The translations under genes were made by a program, and so were the position numbers. From NCBI RefSeq assembly GCF_004010195.1, contig NC_057718.1, positions 62,542,311-62,606,310 of the forward strand: 64,000 nucleotides of DNA, in the 5' to 3' direction. Source of the stretch: Chiloscyllium plagiosum (lineage: Eukaryota). Position 1 is the first letter of the stretch. Every line of letters starts with the position of its first letter. Shown piece after piece: positions 50,423-63,273 of this stretch. The notes under the pieces were generated by a model. That model was not told the DNA's origin. It searched no databases and saw only the letters and a program-made list of their open reading frames with translations.

Positions 50423-51909
50423 GTATGTTGAATAATTAATGTTTAATATTTCAAAATTCTTCAATGTTAACATTTATCTATTCAAATAATGTAATTTGGT
50501 TAATGACAAAATGTTTTAATTTGTCTACAAGGGTGAATATTGACATCAATTGTGAATTACTCTCAAGACTCATGATTAAATTGTGCTTCTTCACACGAAA
50601 TTTAAAGTTTCTTAAGGTTAACTTTTAGTTTTCTATACCAAGCATGAGTATAGGTAATGTTAATCAAAAGCCATCATAACAACAATTTGCATTTATATAG
50701 CATCTCTAATGCAGTTAAATGTCTTTTAGGGTACTATATGAGCCCTACAGTAGAAATGTTGATACTGAAGTTGAAAAAAAACAGCATTTTGATAAAGTTT
50801 TGTCAAAGAGAAGTGTCTTGAGAAGCAACTAAACAGCTGAAGACATGGCTGCTGATAAAGCAACAAAAGAAACTGAGAGTGGATAAGTGACTGGAATTAA
50901 ATGAAAGCAATATGAGAATATAGGGCTTTAGGAAGTTCCAGACCAAAGAAGGACAGAACCTGTGGAGGGATTTGAAGGTGAATGAAAAGATGAGGATTTT
51001 TAAATCAGTGCGTTGCTGGAAGTTAATGCAATTTAGTGGGCATAGGAATGAGTATGAATGGGACTTGTATGAATTGTGAAACAGATAGCTGAGATTTAAG
51101 CTCAAGATAAGTGCAGTGGTATTCCATGGTAAAAGTCAGAAAATCTATTATAGATTACCTCAACTTTTATCAAGTGCTTAGTACATTTTATTAATAATAG
51201 GTCTCCTGAGAGCCATTTTATAAGCTGCTTTCTCCTTTAGTTTCACCAAAATGTGATACAGGGCTTCCCAAATTTACTTATTGTGTACCAATTTCCAGAT
51301 CTATTAACTGTCCCTTTGCTTCTATCAGCATATCAAGATGGTTTTTGATGATCAAACTTGAAAATGCCCAAATTATAATTCTCATACAGTAAAGTCCCAT
51401 AATCATGGGGTTGCAAAATTGTGAAGATTTCACTTTGGCAGGAAGAATTGTATTTAGATGTGTACACTTGTGATGCCAAGGTATATAAGGCTATGGGCCA
51501 AGTGCTAGAAAATGGGATTAGGACAGTTAGATGGTTGCTTTCGATTGGTGCAGACTTAATGGGCAGAAGGGCCTTTTCCTGTGCTGTCTGACGCTATGAA
51601 ACAGAGCATTACTTTAAACGGAGAGCAGTTACGGAATTCTGAGGTGCAGTGTGATTTAGTAGTTTACTGCATGAGTCACAAAAATAAGTCACAGGCAGTA
51701 ATTAAGAAGGCTAATAGAATGCTATCTTTTATTATGAGAGGAATTGAACGTAACAGTAAAGCTGTAAGGATATAATTGTTTAGGGGGCATTGATAAGCAA
51801 CATCTTGAGTTCAATGAGCAATTTTGTTTTTCTTATTTATGGAAGAATGTAAATTCATTGAAGGCAGTTTGGAGAATTGATTTCTGGAATGTATGGGTTA
51901 TCTTATGAG

Positions 51910-52690
51910 ACCATAAAATGTAGGAGCATAAGTAGGCCATTTGGCCCATTAAGTTTACATCAAGCTGTTTGTTAAGATCATGGTTGATCAGAAAATATTC
52001 AACTCTACTTTCCTTTTCACCTTGATGATTAAAAACTGTTTAAAAATGTTTACCTCAGTCTTGAATATTCTTAAGGACCCAGCCTCAACAGCCCTTTGTG
52101 ATAAAGAATTCCACAGGTTTACCATTCTTTGAGAAAAAGTATTCCTTCTTATCACTGTCTTAAATGGACAGTCCTTACATTAAGATTATGCCCTCTGGTC
52201 CTAGATTCTCCCACAAGGGGAAACAACCTATCTGCATCTACCTTGTTAAGCCCCCCTAAGATTCTTAGATAAAATCTCTTCTCGTTTTCCTGAACTCCAA
52301 TGAGTACAAGCCCAATATTCTTGACTTCTCCTCATAAGAAAATCTCTCCATACCCAGGATCAACTCAGTGAACCTTATCCATTCTGCCCCCAATGCCAGT
52401 ACATCTTTTCTGAGATAAGGGGACTAGAACTAATCACAGTATGCAAGCTGTGGGTCTGACCAATGTCTTCTATAGTTTTAGAAACAATAATTAAAGTTAT
52501 GTCTTTTGATCTTTATACTCCATTCCCTTTGAAATCCTTTTCTTTTGCCTTCCCTGTCCAGGTGGATGGGGTGTGTTGGAGGCGGGAGAAGGATGCTAGC
52601 TTTATTTGATTCATGCATTAGGGCCCCCAAATCCCTCAGGGCTGCTGCTTTCTGCAGTATTTCTCCATTTAAATATTATTCAGCTCTTTA
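51910..52690 (-). mobile_element. Old CR1-type LINE 3' part
   Basis: Homologous to 17425-18190 and 44636-45045. Confidence 0.75.
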
Positions 52691-54703
52691 TTTGATGAAA
52701 GATGGAAAGAGAATTTAAATGAGTGAGGGATGTCTTGATTGTAGTGTGTAAGATCCTGAATCGCCTTGATAAGCTGGATTTGAAAGTGATGTTTCCTCCT
52801 GTGGTTGAGTCCACCGATCTCCGTCCCCACGCCGAACCCCACCCCGCCCCGATCTCCATCCCCGCCCCTACGCCTAACCCCGCCCCCACTCCCAGCTCCA
52901 GCCCCACACCAGGTCCTAGCTCCCAGCCCTGCCGTGTTTTCACCATCCCTCCAGAACTACCCTCTCTGAGGATGAAAGATCACTCCTCGGCAGAGGCCTC
53001 ACCTTCATTCCCCTACGCTCTCGGCTTAACGAGTTCAACACGCGGCGAGACATCAAACAATTCTTCCGCCGTCTTCGTCTCCGCGCCTACTTCTTCAACC
53101 AGGGTTCTCGCCCACCCTCTGACGACTCCTTCTCCCGCCTCCAACACACCCCATCCACTTGGACACCCCGTGCTGGCCCCTTACCTGCCCTTGATCTCTT
53201 CATAGCCAACTACCGCCGTGACATTAACCGCCTCAACCTCTCCACCCCTCTCACCCACTCCAACCTCTCACCCTCGGAACGTGCAGCCCTCCACTACCTC
53301 CATTCCAACCCCAACCTCACCATCAAACCGGCAGACAAGGGATTTGCGTTAGTAGTTTGGCGCACCAACCTTTGCACTGCTGAGGCTAAACGCCAGCTCG
53401 CGCACACCTCCTCCTACTGCTCCTTGACCATGATCCCACCTCCCACCATCAAACCATCATCTCCCAGACCATCCATAACCTCATCACCTCAGGGGATCTC
53501 CCATCCACCACTTCCAACCTCATAGTCCCACAACCCCGGACCACCCGTTTCTTCCTCCTGCCCAAAATCCACAAATCTGACTGCCCCGGCCGACCCCATT
53601 GTCTCAGCCTGCTCCTGCCCCACCGAACTCATCTCTGCATACCTCGACACGGTCCTGTCCCCCTTAGTCCAAGAACTCCCCACCTACATTCGGGACACCA
53701 CCCACGCCCTCCACCTCCTCCCTGATTTTCGCTTCCCCGGTCCCCAACGCCTTATCTTCACCATGGACATCCAGTCCCTGTACACCTCCATCCCCCATCA
53801 CGAAGGACTCAAAGCCCTCCGCTTCTTCCAGTGCCCTTCCACTGACACCCACCTTCGACTGACTGAACTGGTGCTCACTCTGAACAACTTCCCTTTCCAA
53901 TCCTCCCACTTCCTCCAAACCAAAGGAGTAGCCATGGGCACCCGCATGGGCCCCAGCTATGCCTGCCTCTTCGTAGGATATGTGGAACAGTCCATATCCG
54001 CAGCTATACTGGCACCACCCCCACCTTTTCCTCCGCTACATCGATGACTGTATCGGCACTGCCTCGTGCTCCCACGAGGAGGTTGAACAGTTCATCCACC
54101 TTACCAACACCTTCCACACCGACCTCAAGTTCGCCTGGACCGTCTCAGACTCCTCCCTCCCCTTCCTAGACCTCTCCATTTCTATCTTGGGTGACCGAAT
54201 CAACACGGACATTTACTATAAACCGACCGACTCCCACAGCTACCTAGACTACACCTCCTCCCACCTTGCCCCTGTAAAAACACCATACCATATTCCCAAT
54301 TCCTTCGTCTCCGCCGCATCTGCTCCCTGGAGGACTAGTTCCAATACCGAACAACCCAGATGGCCTCCTTCTTCAAAGACTGCAATTTCCCCCCCGACGT
54401 GATCAACGATGCTCTCCACCGCATCTCCTCCACTTCCTGCACATCCACCCTTGAGCCCTGCCCCTCTAATCGCCACCAGGACAGAACCCCACTGGTCCTC
54501 ACCTACCACCCCACCAACCTCCATATACATCGTATCATCCGTCGTCATTTCTGCCATCACCAAACGGACCCCACCACCAGGGATATATTTCTCTCCCCTC
54601 CCCTATCAGCGTTCCGAAAAGACCACTCTCTCCGTGACTCCCTCGTCAGGTCCACACCCCCCACCAACCCAACCTCCACTCCCGGCACCTTCCCCTGCAA
54701 CTG

Positions 54704-54865
54704 NNNNNNNNNNNNNNNNNNNNNNNNNNNNNNNNNNNNNNNNNNNNNNNNNNNNNNNNNNNNNNNNNNNNNNNNNNNNNNNNNNNNNNNNNNNNNNNNN
54801 NNNNNNNNNNNNNNNNNNNNNNNNNNNNNNNNNNNNNNNNNNNNNNNNNNNNNNNNNNNNNNNNN
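54704..54865. other. Assembly gap (N run)
   Basis: Read directly. Confidence 0.99.
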
Positions 54866-55053
54866 CCCAACCCTCGAACTCAGCACCACCTTCCTAACCT
54901 GCAATCTTCTTCCTGACCTCTCCGCCCCCACCCCCACTCCGGCCTATCGCCCTCACTTTAACCTCCTTCCACCTATCGCATTTCCAACACCCCTCCCCCA
55001 AGTCCCTCCTCCCTACCTTTGATCTTAGCCTACTTGGCACACTTTCCTCATTC

Positions 55054-55081
55054 CTGAAGAAGGGCTCATGCCCGAAACGTC
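55054..55081 (+). ncRNA. Minimal hammerhead ribozyme motif, intact core
   Basis: CTGAAGA-A-GGGC-TCAT-GCCC-GAAA-CGTC; predicted cleavage 3' of C55081. Confidence 0.78.
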
Positions 55082-56014
55082 AATTCTCCTGCTCCTTGGA
55101 TGCTGCCTGACTTACTTTGCTTTATATCCTTGTGCATTTAGCAATATTTTCTTTCATTGAAATCATTTAAATTTTTTTTGTGTTTGCTAGGTTTTTATCA
55201 CTCTTTTTGAAAGTGTCTTCGATGCCAGCAGATGCAGCCCGTGTATTGTAGTCTAATATATCAGTGTTGATTCTCTAGACAAAGAGAATGATAACCATCA
55301 ATACCTCCGAGAGATTTTACGCATTCTAGTTCCAATGGCCGTGCTGCAGCACAAACTTAAATTGACGAAAGAGGATCCATAATGTTGTTTGAATTCTGAA
55401 TCCAAAACAAGGATATTGTCATGGGACAAGATAGTTAGGAAACAGTCTTCCTCAGTAATTAGTGCTGAAATTGAACTTGTAAATCTGTCTTTTCTAATTC
55501 GCAAAATACAATACCCAGTTAGACATTCAAATTTCAAAATCAGACTCTTGATAGATTTGATAGAAGTTTTGGTTCTATTCAAGTCTTTGGCAAGTGAATG
55601 ACTAGAAATCTTCTATTTACAGACATACTGAGCAATTAAGATACTAATTTGAAGGCATTTGAATGTTTTGTGAGTCTTTGGTAACTCAGAACTCCTATCT
55701 CCTAGATGATCCTTCCAATTATAGCGAGTTTTTAATTTCCCTTCAGCAGAAAGTGGTACGGCCTCCATTGGTAGTTGTGGTTCTGTTCATTGCTCTCTCC
55801 CTATTCAATGTGTTTATAAACTATCACTTTTTAAAAATTGCTTAACATTGGTTATTTTTCTAATCAGCAAGTTGAAATAAGTGGTCCTTGTTTCTAAATA
55901 AAAATTGCAAAATTGTATTTGAAACTAAAATGTTAAATCAATGTGTTAAAGCTATCAGTAATTCTGTTTATATCTACAGTATAGCCACAAACATTAAAAT
56001 GTAATTTCCTTTAG

Positions 56015-56116
<102 letters not shown>

Positions 56117-56548
56117 TAAAAAAACATAAATATTGTATTTAAATATATATTTAAATTGATACATACTTTGGGTAGTAAGAGTGCATAACTACTATAATAT
56201 GTTGTATGTCATTTGTGACCTACTGAAACTGCCTTTTGTATATGGCTACAATATTAATATATTTATATAACATCAATGAAGAAATTCATTTATTTTCTTA
56301 AAAAAACAAATCTTCTTTATTAAGTGAAAGGACTTTATTAATGTTCAGGAGCAGAATTTCTCTAAATATCACTGAATAGATTGCTCTGTCATTATCACAT
56401 TGTTATTTTGTCTGCAAATTAGTTGCCTTGCTTCCTACTTTCAACATTAAGTGCATATCAAACATATTTATTTGGCTGTGAAGTGTTTCAGAACATCCTA
56501 ATTTTGCAAAAATGGCTAAATAATTGCATGTTAAGTCTTTACATATTA

Positions 56549-56708
56549 CAGAGGAACATCGATTAACTGAAGGACACGGATGGGGAGTATTTTGTTCAGA
56601 TAATCGAATGCCGGATAACATACTTAAGCTGAGCATCGGGACCTTGCAATCTTGCCAGATAATCCGATATTCAGATAATCGAATGCCTGATAATCGAGGT
56701 TTCTCTTG
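56549..56708. mobile_element. TcMar/Tigger-type MITE (family B)
   Basis: TA-cagaggaacatcgatta ... taatcgaggtttctct; internal gataatcgaatgcc repeats. Confidence 0.75.
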
Positions 56709-57419
56709 GGAGGAGTCAGATAGGGCAGTAATTGGTCGGGTTAGATTTTCCTCTTTCTTTTTGTGGACATGGCATCATGGGATAATCTCTGATCCTCTGA
56801 GCAGTATGAAACCAATCAGCAAGCAGAGCAGCTGGTTACGGTGCACAGTCTTTTGATCTCACAGTTAGGATATTGTCAAGGTTCATAAACTGTAATGTGC
56901 CCAGTGCACTCTGCCCACTGTCCTCTTAATGACACATGGAATGAATCAAATTATTTGCACATTGACATTTTATGAGCAGTGTAGACCAACCGTATGCTTG
57001 GTCAATAGCATCATCCATTGAATGCACATAGTTGAAAACACTTGCAAATGATCCAGTTACATTTCATGGACTCATTGTGTGTCCAATATGCTTTAATATT
57101 CTGGAACATGTTGAATATATTATATAGTTGAATATAATTTTTGCCACCAGTTGATTTAGTTTTAGAATTTTTTTTACAAGCAGGTGTTTGTGATATTTTA
57201 AATCTTAAAAGCCTTCCAACTTATAGCAGTTAATTAGATTTATCAAAGTGTTGACACTTCAAATTGGTTATTGCAGTAAAATAATCTAAAATGCAAGCAC
57301 CACCAGACAATATCCATGGTCACTAGGCTGAGAAGATTGCCACTGTTTCAGATCCATGGACAGACAGAGCATTCTGTTGCTAAGTACATTTTAATTGATT
57401 GCAAATTTATAAAAAGCAG

Positions 57420-57540
57420 GAATAAACATACAGATCTGTGTATGCTGGAAATCTGAAACAAGAACAGAGTGCTGAAGCAGGTAAGGCAACAACTATAGGG
57501 AGAAAGCAGAGTTAATGTTTTGAGTCCAGTGAATCTCGAG
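57420..57540 (-). mobile_element. Old PLE terminal-repeat stub
   Basis: Homologous to 35362-35480. Confidence 0.65.
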
Positions 57541-57817
57541 TGCTATATCTGCTAACAATGTCATGGTTGCTTAAAACCTCATTGTTTTACTTTTGCATGT
57601 TTTCTTAAAGTCTTTCTTACTCCTACTTTAGAGCTACCTATCTGGAGCATAATATTTTCATAGATGAAGACTAATATTAGCAAAATAAGCAAATTGGTTA
57701 TTCCAACAAAAACAATCGGTATATATGTAGTCTGTGTAGCATTAGCATTCTGCGTTAAGATGCACTTGTTCCCACAGTATTTTAAACCTCATAACTCGCT
57801 ATTTTTTTCCTTCACAG

Positions 57818-57894
57818 GTACAAAAAAGATTAAGAAAATTGCCAACCAGACAAAGAAGTCAGCAGCATCTCCTACTGCACAGAAAAAAGAGAAA
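57818..57894 (+). CDS. SANBR: SANBR coding exon, 77 nt, phase 1-0
   Basis: ttcacag acceptor, gtatgc donor. (G)TKKIKKIANQTKKSAASPTAQKKEK resembles recalled [21 protein letters not shown]. Confidence 0.87.
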
Positions 57895-58413
57895 GTATGC
57901 AATAAATAAAGAACTTGCAAGGGATAGGAAAGTATAAAGTGGCCATGACAAAATCAGCACAAGCAAACATTACTTACTTACAAAGAATATTTTTAAATTA
58001 CAGTACCTTTATTGTTGAGTTTTTTTTCTTTTCCATTGAGTACAGGTGGTAAACAATCATACCTTTGATAGGAGCGTCGGAAATACAGTGTGATGTAAAA
58101 GTTCAAACTAAGATTTAGGAGTGTAAACAGAAAACAATTTTCACAAAGAATTATGGAAATCTGCTACCCTCTCCTGTATGCTGAGTAAATTGAAATTTTC
58201 AATACTTGAAATTATTAATCATTTATTAAATAGAGATATTAAGGGATATGTGAAAGTAAAAAAAATGGATAAATGGAGTTTGCATGGGGTCTAAGCATAC
58301 GGTAGAACAGTCTTGAGTATCGGTGATCCACGTTCTTAAGTAAATGTTAGGTCTGCGAAAATGAGATTCTTTTTACAGCTTTTGCTCATATTGAATTTTT
58401 TTTGTCACATCAG

Positions 58414-58442
58414 GGATCTCTCCGAGATCTATCTCCTTTCAC
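58414..58442 (+). CDS. SANBR: SANBR 29-nt micro-exon, phase 0-2
   Basis: T-rich tract, catcag acceptor, gtaagt donor. GSLRDLSPF(T) vs recalled SASRDVSPFV. Confidence 0.83.
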
Positions 58443-58726
58443 GTAAGTTGTTGTTTTTGTGTCTTGCAATTTAATGTATTTTTCTGTACTCTAACTTCAA
58501 TAATTGGAAGAAAAGCTTCTGTGGGCTAAATTCATAAAGTTGTATTAGGTTGTCAGATTTAGTAGAGTTTCATTGGTCTTGTGCAATAATTTGAAATCAA
58601 TAATATCACTTTTTTTTTCAAAATCTTATGCCTGCTTGATGTTTAGCTCAGTGCTCTTATTTACTTGTTCATAGAGGAGGGCTTTTTTTGGGTAGACCAA
58701 CATTTATTGCCTATCTGTAACTTCTG

Positions 58727-58929
58727 AGGAGAAAGTAAGGTCTGCAGATGCTGGAGATCAGAGCTGGAAATGTGTTGCTGGAAAAGCGCAGCAGGTCAGG
58801 CAGCATCCAGGGAACAGGAGAATCGACGTTACTTTCCTGAAGAAGGGCTTATGCCCGAAACGTTGATTCTCCTGTTCCCTGGATGCTGCCTGACCTGCTG
58901 CACTTTTCCAGCAACACATTTCCAGCCCG
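58727..58929. mobile_element. Palindromic PLE-derived short element with 15-bp target duplication
   Basis: Inverted arms; tatctgtaacttctg at 58712-58726 and 58930-58944. Confidence 0.92.
58837..58864 (+). ncRNA. Minimal hammerhead ribozyme motif (GUU site)
   Basis: CTGAAGA-A-GGGC-TTAT-GCCC-GAAA-CGTT. Confidence 0.72.
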
Positions 58930-59139
58930 TATCTGTAACTTCTGCAGACCATATGGTGTAGGTACACCATACAGTGCTATAAGGAAGAGAGTTCTGGGAT
59001 TTTGTCAGCAACAGTGAAGAATCTTCAGTGGGAAAATGTTATGACAGGATCTCCAATTCATACTATATAATCCCACTGTAAAGCTATTGCATTAGACACA
59101 CTGACTTTCACATACCATAAACTTTTTATAATTTGTAGT

Positions 59140-59780
59140 CTGTAAAGCTCAACAAAACAGAAGGGAAGGGATGGGAGTTGGTTCACATTCTGAAGGTGTT
59201 GAATTCAGTGTTTAGTCCAGAAGGCTGAAGCATTCCAACACCTTCAAATTGTGAACCAACTCCCATTCCTTCGCTTTCTTTTAGCTTTACAGAGGAACCA
59301 TGATTATCCGGCATTCAATTATCTGAATATTAGATTATTTGATAAGATCGCAAGGTCCCGATGCTTGGCTAAACAATGTTATCTGGCATTCGATTATCTG
59401 GAATTCGATTAACCAAACTAAATACTCCCTGCCCTTGTCCTTTGGATAATCCAGGTTCCTCTGTACCTGTTACATTCTCTGTCACCATGTACTCTCTCCC
59501 TTCCCCTCACCCCAGTGGGACTGTCTCTTCTTTTAAATCTGGCAGTTAGACACATCATTGTTCTACCTTTCTCATATTTCTATCACTTAATCTGAACTTT
59601 CAACATCTTTTCTCCTGCAGTACTCTACACTCCAACCACCCCGCCCCCACGACAGCATAAATGCTGCCCCCCTCCCCCCCCACTTCACTCTGAAGTCATC
59701 TAGACTCGAAACTTGAGGTTGCTGTCTCTCCATGAATGCTGCCTGACCCGCTGACCCAATTTCCAGAATTTGTTGTTTTA
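59140..59780 (+). mobile_element. PLE 3' end (fourth family) with a short inverted 5' segment, split by a MITE
   Basis: Reverse of 59195-59227 encodes QPSGLNTEFNTF, the PLE C-terminus; deleted hammerhead variant ctgaagtcatctagactcgaaac at 59690. Confidence 0.7.
59290..59463. mobile_element. TcMar/Tigger-type MITE (family B), inverted relative to the 56549 copy
   Basis: TIR cagaggaacc/ggttcctctg with TA on both sides. Confidence 0.85.
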
Positions 59781-59899
59781 TATACAATAGTGCTTGCTTG
59801 AAACCTTTCTGGAAATCCATGAACATCACATTCACTGATACCAGTTGCTTCGTCATAAAATTCTATCTATTCTATCAACCATATCTTTGGCCACCATTA

Positions 59900-61240
59900 T
59901 AGAACATAGAGCAGCACAGCCCAGGAACAAGCCGTTTGGCTCATGATGCGGTGCCAAGCAAGATCAAAAATTAACCTCATTCCTTCTGCCTGCCCTTGGC
60001 CCATATCCCTCCATTCCTTGTATATTCATTATCTAAAAGTCCCTTAAAAGCCCCTATTGTATCTGCCCCCACCACCACCCCTAGCAGCACATTCCAGACT
60101 CCTACCATTCTCTGTGTAAAAAACTTGCCCTTTACATCTCTTTGAACTTTCCCCCCTCATCTTAACGGCATGTCCCTGAGTATTAGTCATTTTCACTCTG
60201 GGAAAGATGTTCTAACTATCACCCTATCTCTACATCTAATAATTTTATAGGCTTCTATCAAGTCTTCCCCCCAGCTTCTGCCACTCCAGAGAAAGCAACC
60301 AGAGTTTTTTTTGCCTCTCCTTTTAGCTCATATCCTTTAATCCAAGCAGCATCTTGGTAAACTTCTTCTGAACCCTCTCCAAAACCTTCACATCATTCCT
60401 GTAATGTGTTGACCGGAATTGGACGCAATGCTGTAAGTTGTGATGTATCCAAAGTCTCATAAAGCTGCAACATGATATCCTGACTCTTGTATTTAATTCC
60501 CTGACCAATAAAGGCAAGCATGCCATACGTCGTCTTTACCACCCTATCCACTTATGTGACCATCTTCAGGGAGTTATGGACTTGAACCCCATGATCCTTC
60601 TGTACATCAGTGCTGTTCAGGGGCTTGTCATTAACTGTATACTTTTCCTTAACAATTGATCTCCCAAAGTGCAGCAACTCACATTTAACAGGATTCATCT
60701 CCATTTGCCATTTCTCCGGTCATATCTACAACTATGTCCCTTGACAACTTTCTGTACTATCCACAACTCCACTGATCTTTGTGTTGTCTGAAAACTTACT
60801 AACCTACCCATCTACATTTTCATTCAATGAATTTATGTTTATCACATATAGCTGAGATCCCAGTACGGATCCCTGTGGAATACCACTAGTCACGGACCCC
60901 AAGCCAGAAAAACATGCTTCCATCACTACCCTCTGTATTCTATGGACAAGCCAATTCTGAAACCAAGCAGCCAGGTCACCACAGGTCCATGCATCTTAAC
61001 CTTCTGGATGAGCCTACAATGGGGGTCCTTGATGCAACCCCTCATCGATCACTTTCAGCACTTCCTCAAAACATTCAATCAAGTTAGTAAGACATGACCT
61101 GCTCTGCACAAAGCCATACAGACTGTCCCTAATTACGCCATGCTTTTCGAAATGTATGTAAATCCTATACCCATCCCTAAAACTTCTTTCCGAAAGCTTT
61201 CCAACCATCATGTGAGACTCACCAGTCTATAGTTTCATCT
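59900..61240 (-). mobile_element. Decayed CR1-type LINE
   Basis: GFVQSRSCLTNLIECFEEV, VLERVQKKFTKML. Confidence 0.85.
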
Positions 61241-61896
61241 GTTGATTGTCCAATGTCAATTTTGCATCTTTATGGAAAGACTAATCTGCTGTTTGCATAT
61301 GTTAAGAAATCATGATCAGCAGTTTTCTAATGTGCATCACCAGTGAGTAAAACCTTTCATCAGGAACACTCATTCCCAAAATTCCCTCTTGAATACAAAG
61401 CAGGTTTCGAAAGGAACCACATGTTAAGTGCCACTTTTGTTCTTTAAATTGTCCTAATTAAGTCTGTATCATCCAACTTATTTATTTTAAGACCTTGATA
61501 TTATTTTCTATGTGCAGGATCAATACATCAAAGAGAATGTTGTTTACATAGCTGCGCTGAGATCGAAATTACATTTACAAATAATAATAATCAATGACAA
61601 AACTCCCATTTCAGTTTATTTTTCTGAATTCATGTCTACGTTATACCTGCACTCAAATGAGTTTTCATATTCTTCTCTGAATTTGTCAAAGTTCTGTATG
61701 CATCACAATGTTTGGAAAAATCAATCAATTGACAAGATTACTGCCAAGAATCTTTAAAGAACACCATTCAATAAAAATGATAAAAGTCTATAGGTGATTT
61801 TGAGAATTTTAGGAAGAATTGACATTTTATTATCTGTTTATGATGAAAAGATGGAAGAAATATGTAGTGACATAACTCAATATCTCCTTATGTTAG

Positions 61897-61970
61897 TGTA
61901 TGTTTTCAGAAAAGCAAGTGGGACAGTAGTCGCTCAATGCGATTTAACCAGGACGCTCAAAGAGAGGAAG
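61897..61970 (+). CDS. SANBR: SANBR coding exon, 74 nt, phase 2-1 (gene continues beyond window)
   Basis: tgttag acceptor, gtatgt donor. [24 protein letters not shown] matches recalled [21 protein letters not shown]. Confidence 0.9.
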
Positions 61971-63060
61971 GTATGTTAGCTCATGTTAAGACCTGTAAAT
62001 TACAAAGTAACAATTTATAATGGCCTAGATTCTGATGTAAGTGACAAAAGATTAACTGTCACAGACATTTGGCAAGCTTTTAAATGCAGATTTCCTCCAA
62101 TCTTGAGTCTTTTCCAGCAGGGCATCCATTTACAAGGGATTTGTGTTCAGGAACAGAAACAGCAAATAAAAACAAAGTACTGCAAGTGCTGGAGATCTGA
62201 AACAGCAAGCTTCTTCAACAAATCCAATTTATGTGGAGTGATTTGGTTAAATTCAAAATCAGTGTCTTAAGTTGAACAAAGCAACTACAAAGACATAAGA
62301 GACAAATTGACTAACTTTGGAAACTACATTTTAAAAATATGCCCATAGGCATACAGTTCCAAAAATGTAGTCAAATCATTCATATTACACCACAAATATA
62401 TATTGACTTAGGGATAAAGACTCCATGAGAGAGGCACAGCTAATGAGAAATTAAGAATAGTGTTTGATGAAAGGAAGAGGCTTATCGTATTGCCAAAGAA
62501 AAGAATGAAAATTGCGGATTTGGAAAGAAGATAGATTTCAGAAATGGTCGACTAATAAAGTAAGAAAATGAGAATAAATTAGCAAGGGATATAAGCAAAA
62601 GCTTCTATAGGTGTGTAAAATTGAAGAGATTAGCAAAAGTAAATATGGGACCCTTTTTATTTTTGCTCACATTCGAAAATGTAAACACATGCCACAATTT
62701 GTGGGGAGATAAGGTTGTGGTGAGAAGAGGAGTTTAAAGAAATTAGCGTTCGTGAATAAAATAACACTAGAGTTTTTTTTAAATGTCAACAAAACTCCTG
62801 AGGCTGATGGCCTGTCTGGAGTTGTAAAAATTGTGGCTACAGTCATAATGAATTCATTAGTTTGATCTGTTAGAATTTTCTAGAAGTTTCTAGAATGATC
62901 TCAGTGAATTGAAATGTAGAAATAGAAAACCCTGCTATTCAAGAAAGAAGGGGAACAGGAAACAAGGAAATAAAGGGCAGCTAGTTAGGCAGGTGTAGTT
63001 GCAAAATTCGAAAATCTGTTATTAGAGATATAGTAACACGGCACTTGGAAAATTATCAAT

Positions 63061-63273
63061 AGGAACAAATTACTGCAGATGCTGGAATCTGTAGTGGAAA
63101 CAACAAATGCTGGAGGTCACAGCGGGTCAGGCAGCATCCACAGCGAGAGAGCAAGCTAATGTTTTAAGCTGGCAGCACTCATGAAGAGTCATCTAGAATT
63201 GAAATATTTGCTTGCTATCTCTCCATGGATGCAGTTTGACACCCTATGATCTCCGGCATTTGTTGTTTTCAGT
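63061..63273. mobile_element. Older palindromic PLE-derived element inside an old CR1 (about 62270-63420)
   Basis: Inverted arms; decayed motif atgaagagtcatctagaattgaaat; ggaaaatt on both flanks. Confidence 0.75.

Larger units (their letters stand above)
52812..55120 (+). mobile_element. Penelope-like retrotransposon, RT largely complete but frameshifted; GIY-YIG region falls in the gap
   Basis: IKPADKG, LPKIHK, GRPIVS, MDIQSLYTSIP, GVAMGTRMGPSYA, RYIDD, LPFLD, YYKPT; C-rich; hammerhead motif in the 3' repeat. Confidence 0.95.

Noticed and set aside
54360..55022. ORFs spanning the N run
   Set aside because: Their lengths are artefacts of the assembly gap.
56760..57040. Possible Harbinger transposase remnant on the minus strand
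   Set aside because: Only faint matches (DAID, NVQII); too degenerate to call by eye.
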